Positions 38,290-52,100 of a stretch of 64,000 nucleotides of DNA are shown piece by piece. The first letter of the stretch is position 1. Every line of letters begins with the position of its first letter. The position numbers and the translations under genes were made by a program. Under the pieces are notes generated by a model, which worked only from the letters and a program-made list of their open reading frames with translations, did not search any database and was not told the DNA's origin. Source of the DNA: Gnetum montanum (Eukaryota > Plantae > Gnetophyta); assembly GCA_015680685.1 (NCBI GenBank), contig MNCI01000986.1, forward strand, positions 293,648 to 357,647, written 5' to 3'.

Positions 38290-41200
38290 CCATGAAAGAA
38301 GATTAGGATGAGTTTGAGGCTTGTTCTAAGCATGAGAACTCCTTTTACACCTTCTTCCAATGGACAACCCCCACTCTAGTCTTCCCACAATCTCATCCAC
38401 CCATTTTTCCCAAAATAGTTATAGCCTTGATGTCACCTCCCAGGTCAACATCAATGGTAGCGAGCCATCAAACATAGTACACATGTCAAGATGAAGTGCC
38501 TCCATTTAACTTGCCCTTTGTGGTATCATCGCAACCTACTTAGTTATCCTTGCTAGCAACAATCATGTCTACATGGCCCTACGTGCACACCATGCACCCT
38601 TCCTAGCCCCAAATGACATAGGCACCCTCCATCTTGTCTATTTCATCTACATCTTCAACAGTGGCCCAACCCATCCACACATGGTTTGCCTCAGTCACTA
38701 TGCCCATAGTGTAGCCTATGCAGTAAGCATCCCATATGGTCCCATAGCCTACAACTAGGTCATGGACCACATAGCCAGCATAGCAGGTAGCATCCCATGT
38801 GGATCAAGCATTTTAGCTAATACAAACCTTAATGGAAGAGGTAAAGTAGCTCAAGGCTACCTCCTTTGAAATACTTCACTTGATGGACTTCTACCAAGAT
38901 GATCCCATAAGTTTTATTGTTCCACCACTGACTCTTCCAATGGGGAATCCTTTTCCTCACTTCACTAAGTACAACAGTGAAGGAGACCGTAACACCCACT
39001 TGGTGACCTTTCAGTCTAAGTGCATATTACTATAGGCATGGCCCCATGCCATCAGATGTGTGTTTGCCATGTCCCTAATTGGCAAGGCATTATATTAGTA
39101 CTGGGCATTGCTCAGGCCTTCCATCTCCTATTTAGAGGATCTACTTAGTCAATTCATCACACACTTCAAGTATAATTTGAAGCTAGAAACTATCCTTGAC
39201 TAGCTCATGTAAATCAAGTAGGGCCATCTAGAGCCTATGCAAAAATTTATCCAATGTTGGAGCACTTCATTGAATGAAAACCATGAGCCAATCATAGAAA
39301 TGCACTTTCTAGATATCTTCAAGGACGTAGTCAGTTACTTTATTAAGTCAAAATTATATTATCTAGCCCTGTAGTCCCTAAGCTAGGACTTTGCATAAAC
39401 AAAAAGCATTAGGACATGGTAGAAGCCAACAAGGACCCAGCCTACATGGCCTATAAGAACTTGCACATGAAAAAGGACAAAGACAAGGGCAAGCAAGCTA
39501 CAATTGTGGCAACTATGATGAACAAAGCCAAAGCTACTAATCCAAAGCCAATACCCATGCCACCTAAGGCCCTGACCAACAACAAGATTTTCGACCTTGA
39601 CATCATAACAATAAACTAACCTACAGCATCAACAACCACAACACAAGTGGCTCCAAGGCCCAACTTTGAGCACAAGGATTGCTTAAAGTTTATTCCATTT
39701 CCCCCTCAAATCATCAAAACTCTTGAACCAGCTGCTTAAGGTTGGACATATCTAGTACAAGAAGATGTTTGAGGACACTTGCAAAGGGCATGATAGATAC
39801 TATGAGCTCCTAAGTAATTGCTTGGTTATAGCCCCAAATGAGCCTCTAGTCCCTAAGAACTTTAGGTTGGATAGATTTTGTCACTACCATTAGTTTCCTG
39901 GCTAGAACACTAAATTTTGCATGGCCCTATAGCATGATCTACAATGAATGATTGATAGATGCAAGTTGGTGCTTGATGCTACCAACCCAATGAGGCCTCA
40001 AAACCAATCCATGAGGGTATATAAGGATCCTTTGAATATAGATGATGTAGGGTACATCATCAATTCTATCAATGTCAATGGCAACTTAGAGCCAATGCAA
40101 TGACCATTCATGGTCCATGTGCCCTCTGGCAACATAGGGCCCCCCTCAAACTCCATGAATTTGAGGCCTCCTTTTATCATTAGAGTACTACCTTAGGCAC
40201 CAACAACACCTTTCGTGGTTAGGGTTCCCCAACATGTTGCAGTAGCAACAATTCATCCACCCTTTGTCATAAGGGTGTCCCAACATGCTAACCCCACACC
40301 TACCCAAAGTACAGTGGTTGGTTATGCATTAGTCCCTTCTCACCTAAGGGCCAATCCTACTAGCCACAACAACAGACCATCTAGGTGGTAGCTCGAGAGG
40401 CCTAATGAGCATCTCACTAATAAGATGGCTAGACAACATCAAGAGTAAAGTGCTAGACCTACCCAAACCAATCCCCCTTTCCATAGTCCCTATGGTTGAA
40501 GCAACTGAAAAGGCCATCACCAGCAAGCCACAATGGGGCACTGAGGCCCCAAAATAGGCCAAGTAAACCAAGCCCAAATCTCTTTTGGGAGAGATCCATC
40601 TCCTAAGGTGTATGGAGGAGGTAAAGGCCCAAAAAATGACAGACACTGACAAGGATTTCCTAGATGCACTAGCCTAGGTCAAGTTGGTGTTAAAGTAGAA
40701 AAACATAACTTTGAGCCTATACTACCTAATTATGACTACCTCTTCCCATTGCTAAGTGCTAGTCCAAATATTGACTTCTATTCTTATCACAAAGGACATC
40801 CCTATAGTTGAACATTCTATCCATGCTGTGATGTTGCCTCCTACATCATAGGAATTGAGCTCAACACCCCTAGCATTCCCCAACGAGGTAATAAAGGTTG
40901 ATCCTAAGAAGGGTCAAGTCATCACAACATCCATGTTTATCATGATATGCGTTGTGCAGTGCAAGATCAGTAGGGTTCATGTTGATGATGGGGCAGCAAC
41001 AAATGTCATCCCATGCACTGTCATTGACAAACTAGGCCTCATTGAGTAGATGCAACCTAGAAGGACAATGTGTCTAAAGTCCTTCAATGGGTTGTGCATC
41101 ATTGTTAGGGGAACCATAACGATAACCTTTTTGGTAGGGGAAGAATTCACCACTATTGCTGAGTTCATTGTTGTAGAGGAAATGCCAAGCTTCAACCTAA

Positions 41201-41580
41201 TATTGGGCAAGCCTTGGTTGGCCCAATTATGGGCTGTTTTGTCTTCCATTCATCAAGAAATCCACCTTTCATATGAAGGTGGTGATGTCATTATTCATGG
41301 TGATAATGTAGCCCCATTTCACCATAAACAACATTAACACAAAGCAAGGGTCAGAGGTGGAGTTTCTTGATGACGCATTCATAGTAAGGATGAGGATGAA
41401 ATAGGTGAGGCTAACCCACTCGAATAAATAGAAGAAGCCAATGACCTTCCAAAGGATACTTTATGGGAAAAAATACCCTTTGAAATAGTAGACGAAGATG
41501 AAGGGGAATACCACATAGTACCATCTAGGCCCTACACACCTCCTAACCCACACTGGGTTAGGAAGCAATTGTGCGACAAA
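38290..41580 (+). pseudogene. Tat/Ogre-type gag-protease pseudogene
   Basis: FTKYNSEGDRNTHLVTF, FAMSLIGKALY*Y, knuckle FCHYH*FPG*NTKFC (~39877-39920), and protease RVHVDDGAATNVIP and SFNLILGKPWLAQLWAVLSSIHQ. Boundaries are approximate. Confidence 0.85.
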
Positions 41581-41864
41581 TTTATCTCCTTAGTCCAAAC
41601 ATGTGTTAGGGGCTTACTTGCCCTTTATTTTTACATTTAGTCATGCATTAGATTTATCTACACATTTACATTTAGCTTTATTACTTAGATTTTGCATTAT
41701 TTTTCTTTTTTTACATAGTCATTTGCTTTATTTATACATTCTGTTTAGTCTATGAATTTCCTTATTTAGCTTATCTTTTAGTAGTTATTAGCTTATGCAT
41801 GAAAAACATGCAAATGAATAAAAATCAAAAAGCCAAAAAATCGCAAAAACAAAGTAGCTCTACA

Positions 41865-42030
41865 TGGCCCACCATGGCTTTAAACTAGCAATGTTATGGC
41901 CTGGAATGGCCTTAAACTACCATGGGGCCTAAAATGGCCTTAAACTATCATTGTGGCCCAAAATGACCCTAAACTAGCATGGGCCCTCCTGCTATGGCCT
42001 TAAACTAGCATGGGGCTCACAATGGCCTAG
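41865..42030. repeat. Tandem repeat of ~29 bp units (ATGGCCTTAAACTAGCATGGGGC...)
   Basis: Five to six copies of GGCCTTAAACTA(G/C/T)CA lying between convergent gag-PR and the antisense gene, an arrangement like Retand elements. Confidence 0.8.
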
Positions 42031-42229
42031 TTACATTATCACTGCATAATCTTAACTTAATGCATTAATCCATCGCATCACAACTATAGTAATCACAAAA
42101 GAAATAAAATAAAATAGAGTTTGCACATTGCACATATAGCAAACACATGTATTACATATCACGCAAATAGCAGTACATAGCATGAGCAGCATGAACAACA
42201 AAAAATACAAAAAAAAATGCAAAAATGCC

Positions 42230-44300
42230 CAGTATGAGGGCTACATCAGGACATGCTCAACTGGTGGCACTAGGTGGAGGTGGAGGTTTCTATTCCCCAC
42301 TATACCGTTGGGGCCTGTAGCATCTCTTGGTACTTGCTGCCAAAACTGCAACAAAAATGAGTAGTTAGTAAGAAAACCTATAATACTCAAGATAACAAAA
42401 AACATGAAACAATAAAAAACTAATAACTAACCTAAGAGGGTCCCACATTAACATCTTCTAGAGGCAACTTGTCAAGGCCATCCTCCAAGTGTCAGAGGAT
42501 CTTAGCCTTGGAATGCTACATTTAGTACTCCTAGCCAAAGTCAATCCCTACAAGGGTCTTGCCTTTGTCCATGGTGGTCCATGTGGGTGGCTTCGTGGAA
42601 AAGGTAGTAGAGGAAACTTCTTCTAAATGGGTGGCAATATACTATTCAAAAGAGACACTCACCACTGTATGCTGAGTGGACAACTCATAGGACTACCTCC
42701 CACCAGTCACCTCAAGGAACCTTTTTAGGTAGCGGTGTTCAACAAATTCTTTCTTGTACCATCAAAGGTATGCATCGTGCTTACACTTGTATTGGTGCTT
42801 GTGATTCTTCTAATTCCACCCCCATTGGTACACCTTCGTATTGTAATTCTTCTAGTCTTGGTTCCTTTGAGTGAGTAGGTTCATCTATAGCCGTTACTCA
42901 ATCACCTCCTGAGTAATCTCATTCTTGCCTCTAAGAGTTGACCAATAACAAGCATATTCTATCTTAGAGGTTCTCCAAGCCTTATCTCTGATTGCTAGAA
43001 AGTCATATCGGGATTGAAGATCTCTGATTTTTATATCTTAGCTAGTCACTCTCTCTTGCAGCTCATGTATGTGTTTACATAGGTGCTCATTCGAGTGCTT
43101 GTAGATCAATAACGCCTTTGCACAGGAAAATGCACACTTTCTTGCTATCTTGTACATGCAACAAAACATCTAATCCACCTCAGGAGGGAGGTTAGGGAGG
43201 GCATCCAGCTTTGCTACCCTGCTTAGATCCCATTGAATCTTAGAACCTATTAGCATGTAACAAGTGAATAATCTTAGCCACAACATTCAATCAGTAAAGT
43301 AATATAAGCAAAGGAACAACATAACAAGCATACCAAGCTTGGGATTTGCCTATTGCAAATGGTCCACCATGTCCTCCACAATGTCCTTCATGAAGGAAAG
43401 TTTGTTGGGCATGTCTACCCATGACTCCATGTGGTAGGTAGAGGTGGGGCCACTAGTAGGAACATCTAAGGCTGTAACACAATGATGTAATCTACATATA
43501 ATCAAATAGCCAAAGATGCTAGAGAAAATATACAATAACATGTGGCAATCCAAATCACTTACCTAGCAAGCCTTCAAGTGTTAGTGCAGGAGGATCACCC
43601 AACTGTATGTCATCAAATAGGCAATCAAATTCACCCTCATCGGGGTGGAGTAACCCCTCCTCCTCTAATTACTGAAGGATCTTTGTTGTGCCAGGTAACT
43701 CATCTCCATGAGTCTCACCCTCAGTTTGGGAAGGTGCTTCTTCTATTACTGCCTTGATAGCTACTTTGGTAGCCCTCTCTCCAATCTCTATAATCAACAC
43801 ATATGCATAACATATTAGTACTAGTCAATAGCATAGCATAATAAAAACCTAAAAATATAAACAAATATTAATACAATAAATGCATTTAACAAGTTACACA
43901 TACTAACTTGAAACCTCCGTACACAAGCTTTGGAACTTGATATCGATCTTCTTATTACTTAGCCTCCCAACCTTAGGAGTAGCTTCCTTTGTAGGGTGTG
44001 GCCTCTTAATATTTTCCTTGGATGATCCTACTATCTTTGGAATGCAACGATCCATCTTAGTCACATCTCTAGTGCTAATAGGGGGACCATTGCCTACATT
44101 GTCACATGAATAGTGTGACCATGCCATGGTATCTTTAGTCATTATTGATATTGACTCATCGATCTCCTCTGGGGGATCCTGTGCCTATGTGGTCATAAAT
44201 AGGTGGTTGAACCATGGTTTGCATAGCTTCTCGTGGTCTTGCACCATCTAATGCCCATGATCACGTATGACTAGTAGCTCTACAAACCTTCACAGGAACC
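42230..44300 (-). pseudogene. Multi-exon antisense accessory gene of unknown function in the Tat-like element (exons 44300-43908, 43787-43563, 43471-43334, 43246-42432, 42345-~42230)
   Basis: Four AT-rich GT-AG introns of 120, 91, 87 and 86 nt (donors GTTAGT, GTAAGT, GTATGC, GTTAGT; TACTAAC branch point at 42364-42370). The first three introns join reading frames in phase 1. Confidence 0.7.
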
Positions 44301-44353
44301 CTGCAAAGAATATGAAGTGAACGTGGGATTGTGCCTAGATATTAAACCATAGC

Positions 44354-45237
44354 TGATGACCAGCGAGGTACCCGTATGCCCAACCATACAAATCACGAGC
44401 ATTCACGTGTGACCCAGTCGAATTCCAAAGACTACAAGCACTTATGTACAAAGAATTTTAGCTAGCAAAACCTTAGTTAGAGCAGTTGTTGTCTTCCCAA
44501 CCTTACTTGTGATATTCTAAAATGATGGTTGAGTGAGATTGAGGTAAATGATTTTTATAAGTTTTCTTTTTATCTTGAAATTCTAATTCTTTTAGTGTAG
44601 GAAATGAAAGGCTATATAATTTTACAATTACACTACTTTATCATTTAACTATTGCTCACATAAACAACCAATCCCATCCTCTGTGCACATCCTGAGCATG
44701 TCCTAACCACTACTAGGTTACCAGACATTAAGCATCATTGGGTTATCAAGTGTCAGATATATGTTCAAGATGGTCATGCTTGTGGTTCTCATAAACTATG
44801 AAAAGGACTGTAACTGTAAAGCCATAATAACAAAATCTAAAATTATTAAAATATTAAAATATTTTAATGCTTAAGTAGTTTAATCCAAATGCTGCAAGGA
44901 ATGTCAAAAATTTCATCTTTATTGTCCGTCATGCCAATGGGCTCAGGTACATTAGCAATCGAATAAAGAGTCGTATACTCTTCAACTCCTGCTACGAGTA
45001 CTTGGGAAATATTCTAACTTTTGTGGAAACAAAATACAAGAGCTTTTCTACAACTATATCAAAAAGATGCCACAAATGCTACGGGTGCATGCATATTTAT
45101 AGTAGAAGACAGACTCTTCGTTAATGAGGTCATGTTAATGCATGGACAGATGCGTCGATGGGGTTATGTCATTGTGGCCATGTCAATAAGGCTTAGTTAA
45201 CATAGCCCAGTCAATGCATCAACTGAACACTTCATCA
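44354..45237 (-). repeat. 3' LTR of Athila-like element 4
   Basis: TGATGACC...TTCATCA; homologous to the other Athila LTRs in the window. Confidence 0.88.
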
Positions 45238-45439
45238 TACCCCCACGACTGAGTGAAAACTCATCCTTGAGTTTATTACAACTTGGAAGGTATGAAGTTA
45301 TTAATGACACACACAACAAAACACATCTATATAAACACTAACTCTATCAACACACCAAGTGCCCAAGTGTATGAAAAAAAAAATTGCAAAATTATGGTGC
45401 TCATAGACAATGAAATTGAACACCCTAACAATAATGGAT

Positions 45440-47014
45440 TCTCAACCTTGCTGAAATGCTGAAGTTGCTAGAGAAGGTCACACAGTTCCTAGTGGCAGTG
45501 GTTCTGACGGGCCTTCACTAGCTTCTAGTGCACGTGGCGATTGAGGCATTGATGATGGTTACCTTGTGGTTGCTGCAACTTTTGGAGGTAATTAAAAAGC
45601 CTCCAAAAATGCCCTCATCTTGTCTTCTTTGCTTCTAGGATATTCACAGTCTAGGTAGCTTCGCCAATGTGTGCTGGAATAGGAACATCTCAAGGACATG
45701 GAAGTGCAGGGAAGAGTTTCTTCAAGTAGTGGCATTTCTTGAAATTTTAAGAAATAGTTGTTGGGTGGACACCATTACTTCTTGAACATTGGGGTCTGTT
45801 CTTGCAAGAACTTGTGTTCATGCAGCAGAAAACATCAGCCCTACTCTCTCTAGCATACTTACAGATCAAGCCACTTGTTCAAGATGGCTCATTGCAAGGT
45901 AGTACACTAAAGGGTCTTCTCCACTACCAGTTCCTATTGATTGCTCCTATTGGCTTAAGAATGATTATTGGATTTCACGTATGTGCTCTATGATATATGA
46001 AAATCTAACCTTGTTGCTTGTGCATGCAGTGGAGGTGGTTGTTGTTCTTTCCTTATTTATGTTGTGGCAGGAGTTTTGTCCTTCATCATCTCACACCACG
46101 AGGCAATTGGGGTGTGATGAAGTGTATCATTGGCATAATGTGCTATCCTTGCTTATTTGCACAATCTTTTAATTAGGTAAGGAAAGGGCAAAGCTCATCT
46201 TCCACATTCATTTTCAACAAATATTTTCTCAATTTCAAGAAAAAACAACTATGAAAAGTTTATGGGAAATTTTCCACCTAGAGTAGCACATGCAGGAGTA
46301 GAGAAGGCAGTGATCTTGTTGGGTCTTACTGTTGGATTTAAGTGGTAAGATGTGATTTTTGAGTAAACCCTCTCTATGATGGTTAATGTGTCGAACTCCT
46401 TACAGTCTACCCCATAGCACCACTTGATCCACTCCCTTTTCACCTCAAGGTCCACTTTTTTTGGAATCTCTACCACATTAGCCCCAGTCTCAGGCAACCC
46501 AAGAGCTTGCACGATTGCCTTTGCAGAGTAAGATACATGGATGTCCTTACTTCTTACTCTGGACCCCAGCTATTGATTTTTCTAGAAAAGATAAGTTTCT
46601 CCTAGATACCATTCACCATTGGACGTGATGATTGGCCCACATACGAGAATTTTGCAATTGGGTGTTGGCTTCTTCTGATGCATTTTCTAGAAATGGTCTA
46701 ACGTTTAATTCTTGAAGGACCATTCGTTGTAACTCCCTTGGCTTAATAGCATTAATACAAGCATGGGTTAGGGTGACCTCAAGTCGTGGTGCTATCGCTA
46801 GAGTCTCGTCCCCTTGCGATTGTTCACTAGGAACATCCTCTTCAGGAATCTAACGAACAGATTCCACGTTAGGTCCTTCGTAGAGAGGGCTATTTGCATG
46901 TGATCCCTCCACATGCTCTTGAGGTTATGCACCATATCCTCTTCCAGCTCTAGTTTTCTTGTCCCTCAGTTGTGAGATTCCTTCTTCCCTTGGATGCCTT
47001 AGTTTAGGTGCTAT
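45440..47014 (-). pseudogene. Athila ORF2, short form lacking most of the coiled-coil region
   Basis: ORF 46249-46512 (KREWIKWCYGVD..YSKITSYHLNPT) and C-terminal LPCP*DVP are shared with the other ORF2 copies. Confidence 0.7.
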
Positions 47015-49179
47015 TTGTAGTCATAGCATAACCATGAATTAAAATATGTATAAGTTGTTCAAAATGGAAATAATACACTTTCTCATTTTGGTCAAGCTAT
47101 GACAATGGCACATGCATCCTATTTGGTTCCCCGGAGTGTAGTTGATGTGTTAAAAAAATAATAAAATATGATAAATTTAAATTAATAATTACTTTTTGTT
47201 TGTTTAACCCTGAAGAGGTGTTAAGTCTTTGATAATCACAATAATCATAGATCCCTTCCCCCCACGATGTGGAGCATACCTTCGGTAGCAAAAGGGTAAA
47301 AAAAAATGGATAGATTGGAATACACAGTAGGAAAGGTATGTGCTTGAAAAGAAGACTGAACGTAGAAAAATCAAAAAGCTCCCCTAGTGTTATGAACAAG
47401 TGAACAAACTTCAAAGGCATGACGTGGTTATATATAGTATTTTTCTATTGTGTCGACGGGGCCGCGTAAACAAGGCTACGTAAATGTAGGTGGATGCATA
47501 TACAGGTCCTAGTTGATGTAGTCGTTCAGCTGAGTTGACCTACGTTGACCATTGAATTAAGAGCCCAATTCTATGAATTATAGCATAAAATTGGAGTGAT
47601 CCAAGAACCTAGAAGCTAGATAAAAATATGAGATAAAGAGAAAGGTAGATTGTGATCAAAAGAAGAGTCAAATTTAGGAGAATCATAACATGGAACTTGG
47701 TGGATGAAGAGCCTCACAATGGGCAGCATAGAAATGATCAACCAACTATATCAAAGGGGTAGGAGATTAACAAACGAAAACAAAGCATGTGGAAGTGAGT
47801 CCTTCCCATAGAAGGCTTCAACCTTGTTTGCCCCTTGCACATCATCAACATAAGACTTCATGAGCCCCATAGTTAATTAATGGCCACTGAAAGTTAGTAC
47901 TCACATCCATGAGAATTAGTCGAAGGTTTTACAAGTTCTAGCAAACCAAGAAAGATGATCAAAACATAAAACTGGGAGTGATGTAAGTAACAGAGAGCAA
48001 TTGATGAAGGGAAGAGGGTGTGAAATGAAATTCCTAATTGTGGTTACATGAAGTCCCTTGTGAAGTGTGTGATTAAGTGACCCGGTAGGATCCATCCTCA
48101 ATCCATACCAAAACCAAGCACATGCAGTGACTTTGCATCAACATTCTAAGACTAGTCCATCCTTTGAGACATAAGAATGCTCCTACAAAACAACCACCAT
48201 TCCAAAATGGATGAAAGATAGGAAGTGAGAAAGGGCCTTAGTTAGAGGGGATAAAACAAGTCCTATAACTAATGCTTGTAGCCTTTTAGAGTTGGTCTAA
48301 GGGGTGTGCTTTGAATTCTCATGTTTTTTTTTGTTGAATGGGAACCACACCATGCAAAAACCCATGCGTTTTTGCATGTATTTTGTCCAAGGAGTGTGCT
48401 TTGAATCCTCATCTTTTTCTTCCTTCTTTCTTGTATTTCTCTCTTTTTTTTTGAATGATGAGTACCACACCATGCAAGGACTGATTGCTATTTAAATTCC
48501 TGTTATGGAAGGATATGGAATGGTAAGAAGTCCATGAGAACACTCTCGCATACAGGGGAACCAAAAAGCACAAAGAATGTTGCATTCCCTTGATGTCACA
48601 CCTTATTCACACCATTGGATCCTCCTCAATTCTGGAAACTACACAAGTCACAAATTAATTAAAGTTGTTTTTAATGAAAAAGGGATTGCATGTTTCCAAA
48701 ATAAGGAAAACCATAGAGTGTGTGGATGGATGGATGATGTGGACTTACTACCTGTTACATGAAAAGAAAGTATAACTTAGCTTCTTAGAACAAAAAATGC
48801 TAAGGTAGGAACTAGATATAATAGGCAAATTATAATATGCAAACCACCACAAAGAGAAACAACTGCACCATTGTATTATGTGGCAATAAGATATCTTATT
48901 AGCAAAAAATATAAAACAATTGAAAGATAAGTAAGTATATACATATAGAAATAAAGAAAGAAAAAGTAGGTAAGAATTGTAAAACGTACGAATGATAGTG
49001 TAAAAGAAAAACCAAAAAAAAAAGAATTGAGGGGCCAGTAAAATATTTTAGCATGGATGGTAATCTCCCCCACGACTAAGCTGGGAGGAGGAGATCCAAA
49101 AAATGGAACAAGGCTAACTGTGCGATAAGAGGGTAGTGACACTGGTTTGGTGGGGTTCATGGAAGGGTTTTAATTATTG

Positions 49180-52100
49180 CATATTGACTAATTGTGTTCT
49201 ATAGGATCCTTAGGTTTGTGTATAAGTATGGCCCTACATGGAAAGGTCTTGGAAACAATATAAGATCCCTCTCACAGTGTTTGAAACTTAGTACATTGTG
49301 GTACATGTGTGGGGTTCCAATAGAGAATCTTATCTCCATCTTGAAATGTTACCTTTAAAATCATAAGATCATGACATTTTTTATTATAGGCCTTATGCAC
49401 TTCATTGGATGATAGGGCTACTAATCAATTATCATCTAGCACATTCAAGTTGATGAGTCGTTCTCGTTGTGCTAGGGATAAGTCAAGACCCAAGTAACTG
49501 GTGGTGGATAGTGTTCAGAGTTTTTCTTGAATTGGAAGTTTTGGTAGTTTTCTGTACACTAAATCATAAGGAGAGTAGCCTATAGGAAGTTTCCACATTA
49601 AGCGGTAGGCCCAGAGGGCATCGTTAAGTTTTGTGCTCCAATCTCTCCTATATTTGCTAACGGTCCTAGTTAGGATCTTTGTAATCTTCTTATTTATGAC
49701 TTTGGCTTGCCCATTGGCTTGGGGGTAATAGGGTGTTGTAAATTTATGTTCAACCCCCAAGAACTACATGAGTTTATGAAAAGTAGTACCCATGAAGTGA
49801 GTGTTGTTATCTGAAATGAGTGCATGTGGCACCCCAAACCTGTTCACAATTTTCTATTGGACAAACTATGCAGTCATGGTTGAGGAACAGTCAATGACAG
49901 CTACTGCCTTTGCCCACTTTGTATAGTAGTCTACTACGACGATGATATACACCTCCCCATTGGACATGGGTGTGATGGATCCCACGAAGTTGATGCCCCA
50001 AATATCGAAGGGTTCAAGTGGCTGAATTCACTGTTGAGGTCCCTCCATTCTTGTCATCATCCCACCATCTCTCTGACATTGTTCATAAGAGTAGATGAAC
50101 CATTAAGAACCTTCAAAGAGTGTAGGCCAATAGTAGCCTATAAGTAGGATCTTAATGGCCATGCACCATCTAGCATAATGGCCCCCACAAGGGCCCTCAT
50201 GAGCATCTTGAAGGATGTGCAGTTTATCCGCATCAGGGATGCACCATTGAACCAAGCCATCCATACACACCTTGTAAAGGTGTCCATTGATTTCCATGAA
50301 GTACTTGACTTTGTGAAGAAATTGTTATTTATTTCGATGATCCCACTCCTTTGGTAGCTTTTGTGTCAAAAGATAGGTAAGGATGTCGCCAAACCAAGTT
50401 GATCTTGTGGGCACTTTCTTGGCAATTGCTCCAACGAAGAGGAGTTCATCTGGAAACTAATTAGAGAGTGGCTCCTCCTCCTATGTGTGGTGCCATCGTA
50501 ACTGAGACAAGTGATCAGCAACCACATTCTCGATCCCCTTTTTGTCCACCATAGTAAGGTCAAATTCTTGAAGAATCATGAGCCACTATATTACATGGGG
50601 ACTTAGCGTTGGTTTGTTCATAAGGAACTGGATGGCACTATGGTCAGCATGCATAAACACCTTGTATTTGAGCACATAGTGTTGGAACTTTTCCAAGGTG
50701 AACACCACCACCATTAATTCTTTTTTGATGGTAGTGTAATTGAGCTAAGCACCCATAATGCTTCAGCTTGCATAGTGGATGTAATATGGACATTTTTGGT
50801 CATCCAACTGTGTCAGCATAGCTTCCAATGCATAATTAGACGTATTTTTCATGATGTGAAATGGTCTAGACTAGTCAAGTGTTTGTAGAATTAGAGTCTC
50901 TATGATTTTCTATTTTAGTGTTTGGAATGCAAACTCACATTCCCTAGTTTAGACAAACAGAGCGTCTTTCTTTGTTAGTTCCACCAATGGCATGGTGATC
51001 TTTAAGAAATTCTTGATGAAGCATTGATAGTAACCAATGTGTCCAAGGAATGACTGGACATCTTTTACAGTACCTGGTTGACTAGTGATTCCTTGGATAA
51101 TCCTAATTTTTTTAGGATCCACACTGATCCATGCTTGTAAGATTTAATTCCCTAGAACAATGTCCTCTTAGACCATTAAGTGGATCTTTTGCAAGTTGAG
51201 CCATAAATTATTTTCCACACATATTTTTAAAACTTGCTCAAGGTGGTCCAAGGCTTGCTCAAATGTTTCTCCATAGGTGGAGAAGTCATCCATGAAGACT
51301 TCTACACCATTGCCAAGCTGTTGCTGAAAGATGCTAAGGACAAGGTGTTGGAAGGTTGCAGGTGCATTGCATAGGCCAAAGGGCATCTTCTTATATGCAA
51401 AAGTCCCCTGGGGACTTGTAAATGTTTTCTTAGCATGGTCTTCAAGAACAATCTAGATTTGGTTATAGCCACTATAACTATCCAAGAAGCCATAGTAGCA
51501 ATGCCCCGAAATGGTATCCAACACTTGGTCCACAAATGGAAGTGGGGAATGATCCTTAAAAGTTACCATATTTAGTAATTGGAAATCTATACAGACTCTC
51601 CATTTGCCATCCTTCTTTTGCACAATAATGAGTGGATTGACCTATTCACTATCTACAATGGGATAGATGAATCCTGCTTTTAGCAATTGTTCAATTTTAT
51701 CTTTGATGATTTGCTTAAGTTTGGGATTCAATTGTCTTTGTGTCTATCATCATGGCTTCATGGAGGGGTTGATATAGATCCAATGTTGGCATACCCTAGG
51801 ATCAACTCCTATCAACTTAGGATATGACCATGCGAAAGTAGTCAACCATTTGTTCACCATCTTTAGCAGTCTTTTTTTTTTAGAAGCAAGAGTGGCATTG
51901 ATTATTACCGGCTTGCCATTTTGCAAGAATGCATATTCCAGATTGGCCAGTAAGGGTTTTAGTTCTAGGTGTTCCTATTTAAATTTTTTAGGGATCTGCA
52001 ACTTTCCCCAATTAGCATTGTCATTAATAGTGGAAAGTTGTTGATAGACTTATTCCAATTCATCCATGCTTTCCATATAGGCACATACAAGGCCTTCAAA

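Larger units (their letters stand above)
35741..44353 (+). mobile_element. Tat-clade (Retand/Ogre-like) Ty3/gypsy element: 5' LTR, PBS, gag-protease, tandem repeats and antisense accessory gene; no RT/RH/IN seen; interrupted at 44354
   Basis: LTR TGAAACACCACAAAATTT...CACTATA (35741-37423), TATAAATA at ~36736, PBS TGGTGCTAGAAGGTGGG (37430-37446), gag with a CxxH-type knuckle, and a Tat-type protease. Confidence 0.8.
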
